A model generated the notes under the pieces. That model worked only from the letters and a program-made list of their open reading frames with translations, made no database searches and was not told the DNA's origin. From a candidate division WOR-3 bacterium (GTDB lineage Bacteria; Hydrothermota; Tepidihabitantia; B3-TA06), in contig CBFGKC010000004.1 of NCBI GenBank assembly GCA_965649265.1, forward strand, positions 150,738 to 214,737: DNA of 64,000 nucleotides, read 5' to 3'. How positions within the stretch are numbered: position 1 is the first letter of the stretch; every line of letters starts with the position of its first letter. The position numbers were made by a program, and so were the translations under genes. This document shows positions 1 through 9,618 of the stretch, piece by piece.

Positions 1-1
1 A

Positions 2-115
2 ATCAAACTCAAGAAGAACTGGACGGCTGGCGCGATAATCATCCTGATCTGGTTATCTCTGCTTGCTCTTATAGGTTTCCTCGTCTGGAAAGCGTTTCCC
101 CGTAACACCCCGTAA
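2..115 (+). CDS. 3' end of membrane protein, probably YkvA/DUF1232 family (partial)
   Basis: Open frame IKLKKNWTAGAIIILIWLSLLALIGFLVWKAFPRNTP*, similar to DUF1232 C-terminal helix; stop lies inside a CCCGTAACAC repeat. Confidence 0.5.
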   Translation: MKLKKNWTAGAIIILIWLSLLALIGFLVWKAFPRNTP

Positions 116-223
116 CACCCGTAACACCCCGTACCCCTACGGGGTATTTTCATATGCAGCTTTGTCTAAGGAAATAACACCCGTAACATCCGTAAATCCC
201 GTAAAATCCGTAGCACCCATAAC
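98..223 (+). repeat. CCCGTAACAC tandem repeats flanking a ~60-bp cassette
   Basis: Copies at 99, 109, 118, near-copy at 180, then degenerate copies; internal cassette matches 38660-38782. Confidence 0.85.
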
Positions 224-316
224 TCACTAATCAGCACCAGAGACAGGCTGAGTGGCGTGATACGTCTTCCGCCATCTGATCCTGTATCATTCTTAAACAA
301 GCCTGGCAACAGCCCT

Positions 317-344
317 TTGACATGTTTCCTGAGCCGTATATACT
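317..344 (+). promoter_or_regulatory. sigma70-type promoter TTGACA-N16-TATACT
   Basis: Direct motif reading upstream of the 394 ORF. Confidence 0.65.
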
Positions 345-393
345 TCTATAAGGGGAGGGTGGTCAAAAATCTCTTAGTATGCAAGGAGGAAGA

Positions 394-1533
394 ATGTCAA
401 AAAAAGGTTTTGCAATTATCTCCCTTTCCATAATCCCTCTCATGCTTTCGGCTCAGGCCGATTCGCTCTACCGGCCCATATCGGCATCGTGTGTGCCGGG
501 AATTTCGTCAAACGGTTTCCCTGGAACCAACGTCACGACTAACTTCTCTTTCAACGTCCTCGGCGGCATCAATGCCGGAGTCGTGGGTTTCGAACTCGGT
601 TCCCTTCTTAATATCAACGCGAAAGGTATGACAGGTTTTCAAATCTCAGGCATCACAAACTTCACGGGAGGCAACGTCTCCGGTGTACAGATAGCTGGGG
701 TTAACAACCTCGTGATTGGCGACGTGAACGTCGCTCACCTTGCGGGCGTTTTCAACGTCGCATTAGGAAACCTGAACGGAGCCCAGCTTGCGGGCGTTTT
801 CAATATCGCAGGCGGGCAGGTCAATGGCGCACAGCTTGCCGGCGTTTTCAATCTGGCCGTCGGTGGTGTCAAAGGAGCCCAGCTCGCAGGTCCTTTGAAC
901 ATCTCTATCGGCGATGCGCCAGTGCAGCTCGGCGTGACTAACATCGAGACGGGCCAGACCTTTACCCAGCTGGGCGTAACCAACATCGCCATCAAATCCA
1001 GCGGTCTTCAGCTCGGCGTCTTCAACTTCGCGGCAGAGCAGGAGGGGGTCCCCATAGGAATAGTGAGTGTTGCCGGCGACGGCTGGTATCACTTGACCTT
1101 CTGGGCGGATGAGACGGCCCCCGTGAGCGTTGGCTTCAAGATGGGCTCAAAGCACATCTACAACATCTACACTTACGGCTACAATCCTCTTGGCGATACA
1201 AAGCACTCGCGATTCGGCCTCGGGCTCGGAACCCGCATACCTCTTGATCCTTTCTATGTCGATGTCGATGCGATAGCATACCAGATGAATGAAGGTGTGA
1301 GTCCCTGGGGCATCACCGGCTACAACGGTTTAAGCCAATTGCGAATCATGGCCGGTTTGAGTATCCTGCCCGGACTTAGAATCTTTGCGGGTCCCACTCT
1401 CAACGTCTGGAATTCATCCCAGTTTGACGGGGAAACCATCCCGTCCTTCGGTCTCTTCCTCGCTGATTTTGACGCTCAAGGGTTCTATACCGACATCTGG
1501 CTTGGATTCTCGCTCGGCGTAGAGGTTTTCTAG
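394..1533 (+). CDS. Outer-membrane/surface protein with GxQxAGxFN repeats (LA_2272-like) and C-terminal beta-strand domain
   Basis: Signal peptide, ~15-aa GAQLAGVFN repeats, terminal Phe; start moved to the ATG after GGAGGA. Confidence 0.7.
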   Translation: MSKKGFAIISLSIIPLMLSAQADSLYRPISASCVPGISSNGFPGTNVTTNFSFNVLGGINAGVVGFELGSLLNINAKGMTGFQISGITNFTGGNVSGVQIAGVNNLVIGDVNVAHLAGVFNVALGNLNGAQLAGVFNIAGGQVNGAQLAGVFNLAVGGVKGAQLAGPLNISIGDAPVQLGVTNIETGQTFTQLGVTNIAIKSSGLQLGVFNFAAEQEGVPIGIVSVAGDGWYHLTFWADETAPVSVGFKMGSKHIYNIYTYGYNPLGDTKHSRFGLGLGTRIPLDPFYVDVDAIAYQMNEGVSPWGITGYNGLSQLRIMAGLSILPGLRIFAGPTLNVWNSSQFDGETIPSFGLFLADFDAQGFYTDIWLGFSLGVEVF

Positions 1534-1696
1534 TCCGCACTTGTCTGAATAGAATAATAAGCCAGTGGTTCAGTTTATTGGTATCTTAATTGCAATTCAC
1601 AAGAACTTGCCGGACTCTGGGCTTGACACACCTTGTGAGAGGCTTATATTTGGATCATAGTTGCGCGAGAATAACAACAATATGTTAGGAGGATTT

Positions 1697-3733
1697 GTGG
1701 CTTCAAAAAAGCGTTTCATGAAAGCCGAAGATCTTTATGACTTTGAACTTATCTCGGGCAACCAGCTGTCACCCGAAGGCAAATGGGTTGTCTACTCCCA
1801 GCAACGTGTAGACCGTAAGACAGAAAAGAAATACTCGAACCTATGGATAGTCCCCACCGAAAAAGAAAAGCCAAGGCAGTTCACGTACGGCAACCAGGTC
1901 GATGTATCTCCAAAATGGTCGCCTGACGGCTCCCAAATCGCTTTTCTCTCAAACCGAGGGAACGAGCGGCAGCCGCAGATATATGTTATTTCTGTTTCAG
2001 GCGGAGAAGCCCGGCAGCTTACAAACATGGAAGGAACAATCGCATCTTTCGAGTGGTCGCCCGACGGAAAGTCGTTTGTGTTCATGTTCCGCAAGAAAGA
2101 CGCCGAAATCGCAGAGATCGAAAAGGACGAACGCAAGAAGAAACTGGGCGTCGTGGCCCGGCACTTTACGCGTGTCTTCTTTAAGGATAACGACGAGGGC
2201 TTTCTGCCAAAGGAACACTGGCATATCTGGATCGCCGACGCGAAATCGGGCAAGGCGAAGCCGCTCACGGAAGGCGATTTCTACGACGAATTCTTGCCCC
2301 AGTTTTCACCCGACTCGAAGCGCGTTATTTTCTGCTCAAATCGCGCCAAGGACCCCGATTTCGACGTTGACGCGATCGATATCTATGTTGTTCCGGCAAA
2401 GGGAGGAAAGCTTACAAAGATACCTACGCCGTATGGATTCAAGGCATCGCCTGTTTTCTCTCACGACGGTAAAATGATCGCTTACGTAGGCAAGGAAGGC
2501 CGCGGTCAGTGGTGGAAGCAGACACGCATGTGGGTGGTCTCTGCCGACGGTAAAGGCAAGGCTCGTTCGCTCACCGCTCGCCACGACTTCAATGTCTCCG
2601 CCTGGACGATAAACGATTTGGGGCACATAGAGCAGTCGCCGCCGACTTGGTCGTCTGACTCCGGCAAACTCTATTTCCAGGTTGCCCACCACGGCTCGAC
2701 ACTTCTAAAATCTGTCGACCTCTCTGGAAAAATAGAGGACATCATTAACTGGCAGGGTGTTGTCGGTGCATTCCAGTTTTCCAAAGATTTCGAGAAGCTT
2801 TCCTATTTCTTCGGCAACATGTTCGATCCCGGACAGATATGGGTCAAGGATAAGAAATCCGTAAAACCCAGAAAACTGACTGAAGCCAACAAGAAAATCC
2901 TGGAGTCCGTGAATTTCGGAAAGGTCGAGGAACTGTGGTTCCGGGATGCCGATAACACCATGGACCTTCAGGGTTGGGTAATACATCCCCCGGATTTCGA
3001 CCCGAAAAAGAAGTATCCCTCCATCCTCGAAATCCACGGCGGACCCAGGGTGCCGTACGGCAATTTCATGATGCACGAGTTCTTCTTCCTCGCTGCACAG
3101 GGCTACGTCGTCTACTTCTCTAACCCGCGCGGCGGGCAGGGCTACGGCGAAAAGCACTCGAAGGCCATATGGAACGACTGGGGAAACAAGGATTACATCG
3201 ATCTCATGAAATGGGCTGACTTGATCTCCCGAAGACCCTATATCGACCCAAAGAAGATGGGCGTCACTGGCGGTTCCTACGGCGGTTTCATGACCAACTG
3301 GATAATCGGACACACTGACCGTTTCGCCGCCGCAGTCACCCAGCGCTCGGTCTCAAACCTCATCTCCATGTGGGGCTCTTCGGACGGCAACTGGGTCTTC
3401 GAGTTGGAATTCGGTGAGCGTTCACCTTTCGAGAACGTGGCCAACTACTGGAGGCAGTCGCCCATGAAATACATCGGCAATGCGAAAACGCCCACGCTCG
3501 TGGTCCATTCCGAGAACGACTTTCGCTGCGCGATTGAGCAAGGTGAACAGGTATTCGTCGCCCTGAAAAAACTGGGCGTGCCGACCGAGATGGTCCGCTT
3601 TCCTGACGAAACGCACGAGCTTTCGCGCTCGGGACGTACCGACCGCAGAATCGCACGTCTCAATCACATCCTTCGCTGGTTCGATATCTATCTCAAGGGA
3701 AAGAAGGAAGAGCCGAAGAAAGTCAAACGCTGA
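1697..3733 (+). CDS. S9 family peptidase (acylaminoacyl/dipeptidyl peptidase, PD40 repeats)
   Basis: WSPDG repeats, HGGP, GGSYGG nucleophile, Asp/His triad; GTG start after AGGAGG. Confidence 0.92.
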   Translation: MASKKRFMKAEDLYDFELISGNQLSPEGKWVVYSQQRVDRKTEKKYSNLWIVPTEKEKPRQFTYGNQVDVSPKWSPDGSQIAFLSNRGNERQPQIYVISVSGGEARQLTNMEGTIASFEWSPDGKSFVFMFRKKDAEIAEIEKDERKKKLGVVARHFTRVFFKDNDEGFLPKEHWHIWIADAKSGKAKPLTEGDFYDEFLPQFSPDSKRVIFCSNRAKDPDFDVDAIDIYVVPAKGGKLTKIPTPYGFKASPVFSHDGKMIAYVGKEGRGQWWKQTRMWVVSADGKGKARSLTARHDFNVSAWTINDLGHIEQSPPTWSSDSGKLYFQVAHHGSTLLKSVDLSGKIEDIINWQGVVGAFQFSKDFEKLSYFFGNMFDPGQIWVKDKKSVKPRKLTEANKKILESVNFGKVEELWFRDADNTMDLQGWVIHPPDFDPKKKYPSILEIHGGPRVPYGNFMMHEFFFLAAQGYVVYFSNPRGGQGYGEKHSKAIWNDWGNKDYIDLMKWADLISRRPYIDPKKMGVTGGSYGGFMTNWIIGHTDRFAAAVTQRSVSNLISMWGSSDGNWVFELEFGERSPFENVANYWRQSPMKYIGNAKTPTLVVHSENDFRCAIEQGEQVFVALKKLGVPTEMVRFPDETHELSRSGRTDRRIARLNHILRWFDIYLKGKKEEPKKVKR

Positions 3734-3804
3734 CTGTCAAGGTCGATAGGCGCACTCGGCGATAAAGAGAATTCTTAAAGATGGTTCTTTCCTTGGCGTC
3801 GATT

Positions 3805-3828
3805 GCGCATCTTAGATTGCGCTTTTTT
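3805..3828 (+). terminator. Probable intrinsic terminator
   Basis: GCGCA..TGCGC stem followed by TTTTTT. Confidence 0.45.
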
Positions 3829-3885
3829 GGCTTGACACCACAGGATATTAGAGTATAACTCATCCCTCATAAATTTTGTGGAGGA

Positions 3886-4791
3886 ATGATTATGAGACCG
3901 GAATTTCCTGATTTCAAAAGGCTTGAACTCGAGGATAGAGATATCATAAAGAAAGTATTGTGGAGTTATCAGCCGCAAGTCTCGGAGATGACCTTCACGA
4001 ATCTCTTCATCTGGCGCAAGCATTACAATCCTCGCTGGTCCATGTATCACGAGCATCTCATCCTTGTTGCCGAGACCGAGGCAAGGCAGCCTTTTGGTTT
4101 TACGCCGATAGGTTCTGAAACTAGGGCGGAGGGAGTGCTCATGCTCTTTCACTGGCTCAAGGATATGGGTATCGAAAACCCGCATATAGAGCGCGCCGAC
4201 TCGAGGCTTGTCCAGGAACTCAGGGAATCCAACATTTTCTCGATAGAACCTTTAAGGGAGCACTACGACTACGTCTATTCCCGCAAGGAGCTTGCAGAGC
4301 TTTCGGGTAACAGGTATCACTCCAAAAAGAATCACATCAACTCCTTCGTGAAGAACAACTCCTTCAGCTTCGAACTGCTGGAACCTGGCCACATAGAATC
4401 CTGTCTTGAAATGACCGAAGCCTGGTGCACAATGCGTCGCTGCGAGGACGATTTAAGCCTCATGGAAGAATGGGAAGCCACTCGAGAAGTGTTGACCAAT
4501 TTTGATTATTTGAACCTTATCGGCGGAGTCATTAAGATCGACGACAAGGTCGAGGCCTTTTCGCTCGGGGAACTTCTGAATCATGATACGGTCGTCGTCC
4601 ACATAGAAAAAGCTAACCCTGAAATTCGCGGTCTTTACGCATTGATAAACCAGCAGTGCTCTGAAAAGGCATGGGGGGACGTCAGCTTCGTCAACCGTGA
4701 ACAGGATTTAGGAAACGAAGGCCTCAGACAAGCCAAGCTTTCCTACCATCCTGTCAAACTCGTCGAGAAATACAGAATAAGATTAATGTAA
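3886..4791 (+). CDS. DUF2156 / phosphatidylglycerol lysyltransferase C-terminal-like protein
   Basis: DYVY..LSGNRYHSKKNHIN, HIEKAN, NREQDLGxxGLRQAKLSY motifs. Confidence 0.85.
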   Translation: MIMRPEFPDFKRLELEDRDIIKKVLWSYQPQVSEMTFTNLFIWRKHYNPRWSMYHEHLILVAETEARQPFGFTPIGSETRAEGVLMLFHWLKDMGIENPHIERADSRLVQELRESNIFSIEPLREHYDYVYSRKELAELSGNRYHSKKNHINSFVKNNSFSFELLEPGHIESCLEMTEAWCTMRRCEDDLSLMEEWEATREVLTNFDYLNLIGGVIKIDDKVEAFSLGELLNHDTVVVHIEKANPEIRGLYALINQQCSEKAWGDVSFVNREQDLGNEGLRQAKLSYHPVKLVEKYRIRLM

Positions 4792-4792
4792 A

Positions 4793-4865
4793 CCCCAGCC
4801 CTCCTCAGCCCTCCTCAGCCCTTTTCGGCTTCCCTCAGCTCCCCTTAGTCCTCTCAACTTCCCTC
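4793..4865. repeat. Degenerate CCCTCCTCAG short tandem repeat
   Basis: cagccctcctcagccctcctcagccc...; same type on the opposite strand at 20771-20810 and 38950-38992. Confidence 0.6.
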
Positions 4866-5145
4866 GACCGTCTCGGCCATCTTCTCAGAATCCTTCGTGA
4901 CATCTCCCGGATTTTGCTTTTTCATTTAAGACAAAAAGAAGTGTTTCCAGAGAGCATCCTGCCCTAAATCGTTCCGCCGGTATAGGCTGTAGACGATTGC
5001 CGCTTGAATGCGCTTTTCCGTTTCGCGGACTCGTTTCTTCTTCTTGCCACCCTTCCCTTGAAAGGGATTGAAGAAGTAAGCGAACTTGACACACAAAAGA
5101 TTTATACTATAGTAGTATGAAATAAAACCTAGCTGGAGAATCAAT

Positions 5146-5427
5146 ATGGAAATAAAACATGTCCAGGGAAGGTTAAAGGGCAAAATAATGCTTTACGCGC
5201 TTTCAACTTGCGGGTGGTGCCGAAAGACGAAAGCAATCCTTAACGAGTCCGGGGTCGATTACTACTTTGTAGATGTCGATCTTCTGACCCCTGATGAAAA
5301 GGATACGGTCACGGAAGAGGTCAAGAAATGCAATCCTTCGTGCACGTTTCCGACCATCGTGGTTAATGACGGTGAGCGCTGTATACGTGGATTCAAGGAA
5401 GACGAGATAAGGGAGATTTCCGCCTGA
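5146..5427 (+). CDS. Glutaredoxin (NrdH-like)
   Basis: LSTCGWC active site, FPTIVV cis-Pro. Confidence 0.88.
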   Translation: MEIKHVQGRLKGKIMLYALSTCGWCRKTKAILNESGVDYYFVDVDLLTPDEKDTVTEEVKKCNPSCTFPTIVVNDGERCIRGFKEDEIREISA

Positions 5428-5945
5428 TGGCCGAAGAGTCAATCTCAAAGAAAGAACAGATCAACAAAGTATATGAAAGGTTGAATCGCGAGGCGGAGGA
5501 GGGGGGGTACCACCTGAATCCCGATATCGAGTTTGCGAAGATGTTGATCGAAGGGCTCCTGACTAACGAAGTGCGCTATGGTTACTGGAATTGCCCGTGC
5601 AGGCTTGCTGCAGGCATCAAGGAAGAAGACGTTGACATGATCTGCCCATGTGATTACAGGGACGCCGATCTCGATGAATTCGGTTCGTGCTACTGTGCCC
5701 TTTACGTTTCCACCTCTATCCTTAAGGGCGATAAAAAGGCCGAGTCCATACCGGAGCGCCGACCGGCACGGGAGGAACGCCAGCAGTTCAAGAAACCAAC
5801 GATCGCCAGTAATCTTTTGCAGGTCTCCCTCTCCAAACCCGTCTGGCGCTGCAAGGTGTGCGGCTACCTTTGTGCACGCGACGAACCGCCCGAGATTTGT
5901 CCAATCTGCAAGGCAAAAAAAGAGCGCTTCGAAAGATTCATTTAG
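5427..5945 (+). CDS. Ferredoxin:thioredoxin/disulfide reductase catalytic domain fused to rubredoxin (FDR-type)
   Basis: CPC, CPC, CYC motifs plus C-terminal WRCKVCG...CPICK; overlaps the glutaredoxin stop. Confidence 0.88.
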   Translation: MAEESISKKEQINKVYERLNREAEEGGYHLNPDIEFAKMLIEGLLTNEVRYGYWNCPCRLAAGIKEEDVDMICPCDYRDADLDEFGSCYCALYVSTSILKGDKKAESIPERRPAREERQQFKKPTIASNLLQVSLSKPVWRCKVCGYLCARDEPPEICPICKAKKERFERFI

Positions 5946-6033
5946 CGCTCCTTCTGTGCAGCACGCAAAAGATCGCAGCGAAAATCAAGAAAATTTTATG
6001 TTGACAGGCATGGAATTTCTATCAAAATAAGTC

Positions 6034-6849
6034 GTGAACAACAATAAAAGCCGCAAGCCAACAAAAAAGAATCCGACGCGTCGACTCTACGATAATCCTC
6101 TTTATTACGAGATAGCTTTCTCGTTTCGCGACATACCTAAAGAAGTAGACGTTTTCGAGGAGTGCATCCGGAGGTACTCACTGATACCGGTAAAAACGAT
6201 GCTCGAACTAGCGTGCGGCCAGGCACCGCATCTTGCAGAGATCGCCAAAAGAGGGTATTGGTACGCTGGTATCGATCTTTCGCAGAAGATGCTCGATTTC
6301 GCGGCGAGAAGAATACCTGATAAGGCTAAGGCAGACCTTATCCTCGGCGACATTGTGAACTTCAACCTTGAGACAAAAGTAGATTTCGCCTTTATACTCC
6401 TTGGTTCTCTTTATGCAAGAAACTCGAAAGACATAGACAGGCACTTCGACTGCGTCGGTAGAGCTTTAAGAAAAGGCGGTCTTTACCTTCTTGACTGGTG
6501 TGTGGAATTCGAGCCAGTTGCATCAAAGAATCCAGAAGACACATGGGTGCTCGAACGAGACGGAGTAAAGGTCACGACCAGTGTTTGCTACGAGCCTTTA
6601 AGCAACGTCGAACAAACCTTCGTTGAAACTATCGCGCTCGACGTAGACGATCACGAGAAAAGAATCCATCTTGAGCAGAATGCCGTTCGCAGGGTCATAT
6701 ACCCGCAGGAGTTTCTGAGAATAATCGGTTCTCGCAGTGATTTTGAATTCGTGGGCTGGTGGAAGAACTGGGATCTTGAATATCCATTGAAGGCCTGGCC
6801 GTCATCGTTGAAGATAGACAGGCCCATTGCCCTGATCCGACGCATATGA
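6034..6849 (+). CDS. Class I SAM-dependent methyltransferase
   Basis: LELACGQA motif I, GIDLS, ALRKGGLY. Confidence 0.85.
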   Translation: MNNNKSRKPTKKNPTRRLYDNPLYYEIAFSFRDIPKEVDVFEECIRRYSLIPVKTMLELACGQAPHLAEIAKRGYWYAGIDLSQKMLDFAARRIPDKAKADLILGDIVNFNLETKVDFAFILLGSLYARNSKDIDRHFDCVGRALRKGGLYLLDWCVEFEPVASKNPEDTWVLERDGVKVTTSVCYEPLSNVEQTFVETIALDVDDHEKRIHLEQNAVRRVIYPQEFLRIIGSRSDFEFVGWWKNWDLEYPLKAWPSSLKIDRPIALIRRI

Positions 6850-6929
6850 TTGTATCCCTGTATTGACAAAGCGTCGATTCCCGGATAGAGTCTGCAAGTA
6901 AAAATCAATTGATGCCCAAGGAGGTTTGC

Positions 6930-7637
6930 GTGAAAAAAACACTGATCATTGCAATTACGTTCTTTTTTATGCTTCCAGCGTGCAATCCGACACCCGAACC
7001 AAAACATGTGCACTTCATGCATCAGTCGACGGGCGGTAATATAATCGACGACCACGACGGTGTTGCCGAACATCCTGATCCCGATTACGGGCTCAAGACC
7101 CTTCTGGAGAATGCAGGCTTTACGTTTACCGAGAACTGGATGGATGACTCCTATCCGACTTCCATTGCAGGATACATTGCGAACGGCGGCTCCAACTTCC
7201 CATACAGTGCCAGGAGTGCGGGTATTCTTCTTTTCAAGTCATGCTACTATCCGATAGACGGTCTAACCTCCGACGAGGAGCTTGATAAATGGAAACAGGC
7301 ATACATTGAAAAGATCATCCCGTATGCCAAAGATCATCCCGGTCAGATTCTCGTTGCAATGCCCGCGGTTCCCTATCGCAAGGATGACTGCCCCGAGGAG
7401 AACCACGACCGCGCTCGAGTCTGGGCAAACTGGCTTAAGGGAGAGTTCCTTGACTCATGTCATGCTCATGGTGCAGATAATGTGAAGAGTTTCGATCTCT
7501 TCGATATCTGGGCGTACCCCGACAGCAACTGGCGCAAGGTAGAGTACTGTCAGACCGATGACCCTCATCCCAACGCATACGCCTCTCTCGTTATGGCCGA
7601 CTCGATGGCCGCCTTCATTACCGGGCTGGGCGAATGA
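6930..7637 (+). CDS. Lipoprotein, SGNH-like hydrolase fold
   Basis: Lipobox LPAC, HQSTG, FKSCY, DPHPN. Confidence 0.6.
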   Translation: MKKTLIIAITFFFMLPACNPTPEPKHVHFMHQSTGGNIIDDHDGVAEHPDPDYGLKTLLENAGFTFTENWMDDSYPTSIAGYIANGGSNFPYSARSAGILLFKSCYYPIDGLTSDEELDKWKQAYIEKIIPYAKDHPGQILVAMPAVPYRKDDCPEENHDRARVWANWLKGEFLDSCHAHGADNVKSFDLFDIWAYPDSNWRKVEYCQTDDPHPNAYASLVMADSMAAFITGLGE

Positions 7638-7676
7638 GTTCTATCCTGTTTATGATTTATCTTTAAAGAGCGAAGC

Positions 7677-8636
7677 ATGATGTTGCTCGAGAAAGAACCA
7701 TCGCCGGGGCTTTTGAGGTTAATTGTGAATGGGGTAAACTACGTTTACTCGTCAGAAGGTCTTCTTGAAGAGAAGGAAGGGAAGGAAACCTTCTGGCCCG
7801 CCTGCAATTATCCGAAAACGACAAAGGGTTTTATGAACACTGACGACACCTCATTCTGGGTCGAGGAGGAGGGCGAGGGTGAACCTCTGATTCTAGTTCA
7901 CGGCGGGCCCGGTGTCGATCACAGGTATTTTCACCCGTGTCTCTCTACGCTTGCCGTTAAACAAAGACTTATCTACTATGATCTGAGAGGACACGGCATG
8001 TCCCGGGAATCGTCGCCAGCCAGGCCGCATGGAGTCATGCGTGATGCTGATGATCTGGAAGCCCTGCGGATCGCCATGGGACTTGGTCAAATCGATCTCT
8101 TCGGTCACTCTTACGGCGGGCACGTTGTTCTCGCATACGCGCAGAAGTACCCTTTGAATGTCAGGAACATTATCCTCGTGAGCGTACCCCTCGGCGAGAC
8201 GGACGAGGATATCGACAGGAGAGTGGAATCGGCACCAATAACAAGGAAGATGGAGGAAGCCGAGTCGGAAGAGGAGTACGATAAGCTCTACTACGAGTTC
8301 TATTATCACAAACCGCCGCCTGCAGATGTTATTCGTTTCAACAAGCTTTCTATGGAATCTTATAATACCGAAAAGAACAAAGCCCTGCTCAAATCCTATG
8401 AAAACGACAAGACTTCTCTCGACTTAAAAACCATCTTTACCGACCTTGCACTTCCCGTATTCATCATCGCGGGGAAGCATGATTTGATAGTCAATGTCGA
8501 AGCAATCGGAGAAGTAATCGCAGATTCGAGGAACGTTGAGTTCCAGATATATGGAGAAAGCGGGCATGACCCGTTTGTCGACGAACAAGAAAGATTCGCC
8601 AAAGACGTTAACCGTTTCCTGTCAAGGGGCGATTAA
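7677..8636 (+). CDS. Alpha/beta hydrolase, proline iminopeptidase-like
   Basis: HGGPG, YDLRGHG, GHSYGG, SGH. Confidence 0.85.
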   Translation: MMLLEKEPSPGLLRLIVNGVNYVYSSEGLLEEKEGKETFWPACNYPKTTKGFMNTDDTSFWVEEEGEGEPLILVHGGPGVDHRYFHPCLSTLAVKQRLIYYDLRGHGMSRESSPARPHGVMRDADDLEALRIAMGLGQIDLFGHSYGGHVVLAYAQKYPLNVRNIILVSVPLGETDEDIDRRVESAPITRKMEEAESEEEYDKLYYEFYYHKPPPADVIRFNKLSMESYNTEKNKALLKSYENDKTSLDLKTIFTDLALPVFIIAGKHDLIVNVEAIGEVIADSRNVEFQIYGESGHDPFVDEQERFAKDVNRFLSRGD

Positions 8637-9587
8637 ATGTTAAGACATAGCTTCCATTCAGTTCTGTTCGTCCTTCTTTTTTCTCTCGTATCCTGTGTTT
8701 CAGGATGGACGTTTCGAGACTATTTGAAAGGCTCGATGCGTTTCGACTGCCTGAGGCGAACCTGGCTTTTGCACTTGCCAAAAGGGTTCGATAAGTCGAA
8801 GTCGCTTCCGCTCGTATTCGTCCTTCACGGCGGGGGAGGAAGGGCAAAGGGCATGATTGATCTCACCCAGGGAGGTTTTAACGGACTCGCAGACAGGGAA
8901 GGTTTCATAGTATGCTATCCTCAGGGCGTGGACAAGCACTGGAACGACGGGAGACCCGGAGCCACGAGCCGGGCGGCAAAGGAAGATATAGACGACGTAG
9001 GCTTCATCTCCGCGTTAATCGATCGCCTCGTGAAAAACCTCAACGTTGATCCGAAACGGGTCTACGTTACGGGGATGTCAAACGGCGCAATGATGTCCCA
9101 CAGACTGGGTTGGGAACTATCTTCAAAAATCGCGGCGATCGCTCCTGTTGCCGGTGCCATGCCGGCCAATCTTGCAGAAAGGTCTGCAAAAAAAGTTCCG
9201 ATATCCGTTCTTGCCATCTCAGGCACGGATGACCCTCTTGTTCCCTATCAAGGGGGGGAGGTCCACCTCTACGCGAAGGAACTTGGCAGGGTACTATCGG
9301 TACAGAAATCGGTCGAGCTGTGGGTCGAACGAAACCGCTGCTCAAAAACACCCGAAGTCTCACCGCTGCCTGATGTTGATAAAAGCGATGGTGCCAAGGT
9401 AACTAGAGAAACATACTCAGGCGGCGCACAAGGCTCGGAGGTCGTGCTCTACACAATCCAGGGCGGCGGCCATACCTGGCCGGGCGGGGTGCAGTACCTT
9501 TCGGAAAAAATAATAGGTAAGACATGTCGTGATATCGATGCGAACACAGTGATCTGGAATTTTTTTAAAAAACACGTAAAAGAATAG
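8637..9587 (+). CDS. LpqC/PHB-depolymerase-family esterase, secreted
   Basis: LHGGGG, DDVGFI, GMSNG, GGHTWPG. Confidence 0.85.
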   Translation: MLRHSFHSVLFVLLFSLVSCVSGWTFRDYLKGSMRFDCLRRTWLLHLPKGFDKSKSLPLVFVLHGGGGRAKGMIDLTQGGFNGLADREGFIVCYPQGVDKHWNDGRPGATSRAAKEDIDDVGFISALIDRLVKNLNVDPKRVYVTGMSNGAMMSHRLGWELSSKIAAIAPVAGAMPANLAERSAKKVPISVLAISGTDDPLVPYQGGEVHLYAKELGRVLSVQKSVELWVERNRCSKTPEVSPLPDVDKSDGAKVTRETYSGGAQGSEVVLYTIQGGGHTWPGGVQYLSEKIIGKTCRDIDANTVIWNFFKKHVKE

Positions 9588-9618
9588 TCCTTAATAAAGT
9601 TTGATAAAAGGAGGTCGT

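Noticed and set aside
4885-5183. Small minus-strand ORFs upstream of the glutaredoxin
   Set aside because: No family motif, they overlap the glutaredoxin promoter, and the frames conflict; cannot be supported
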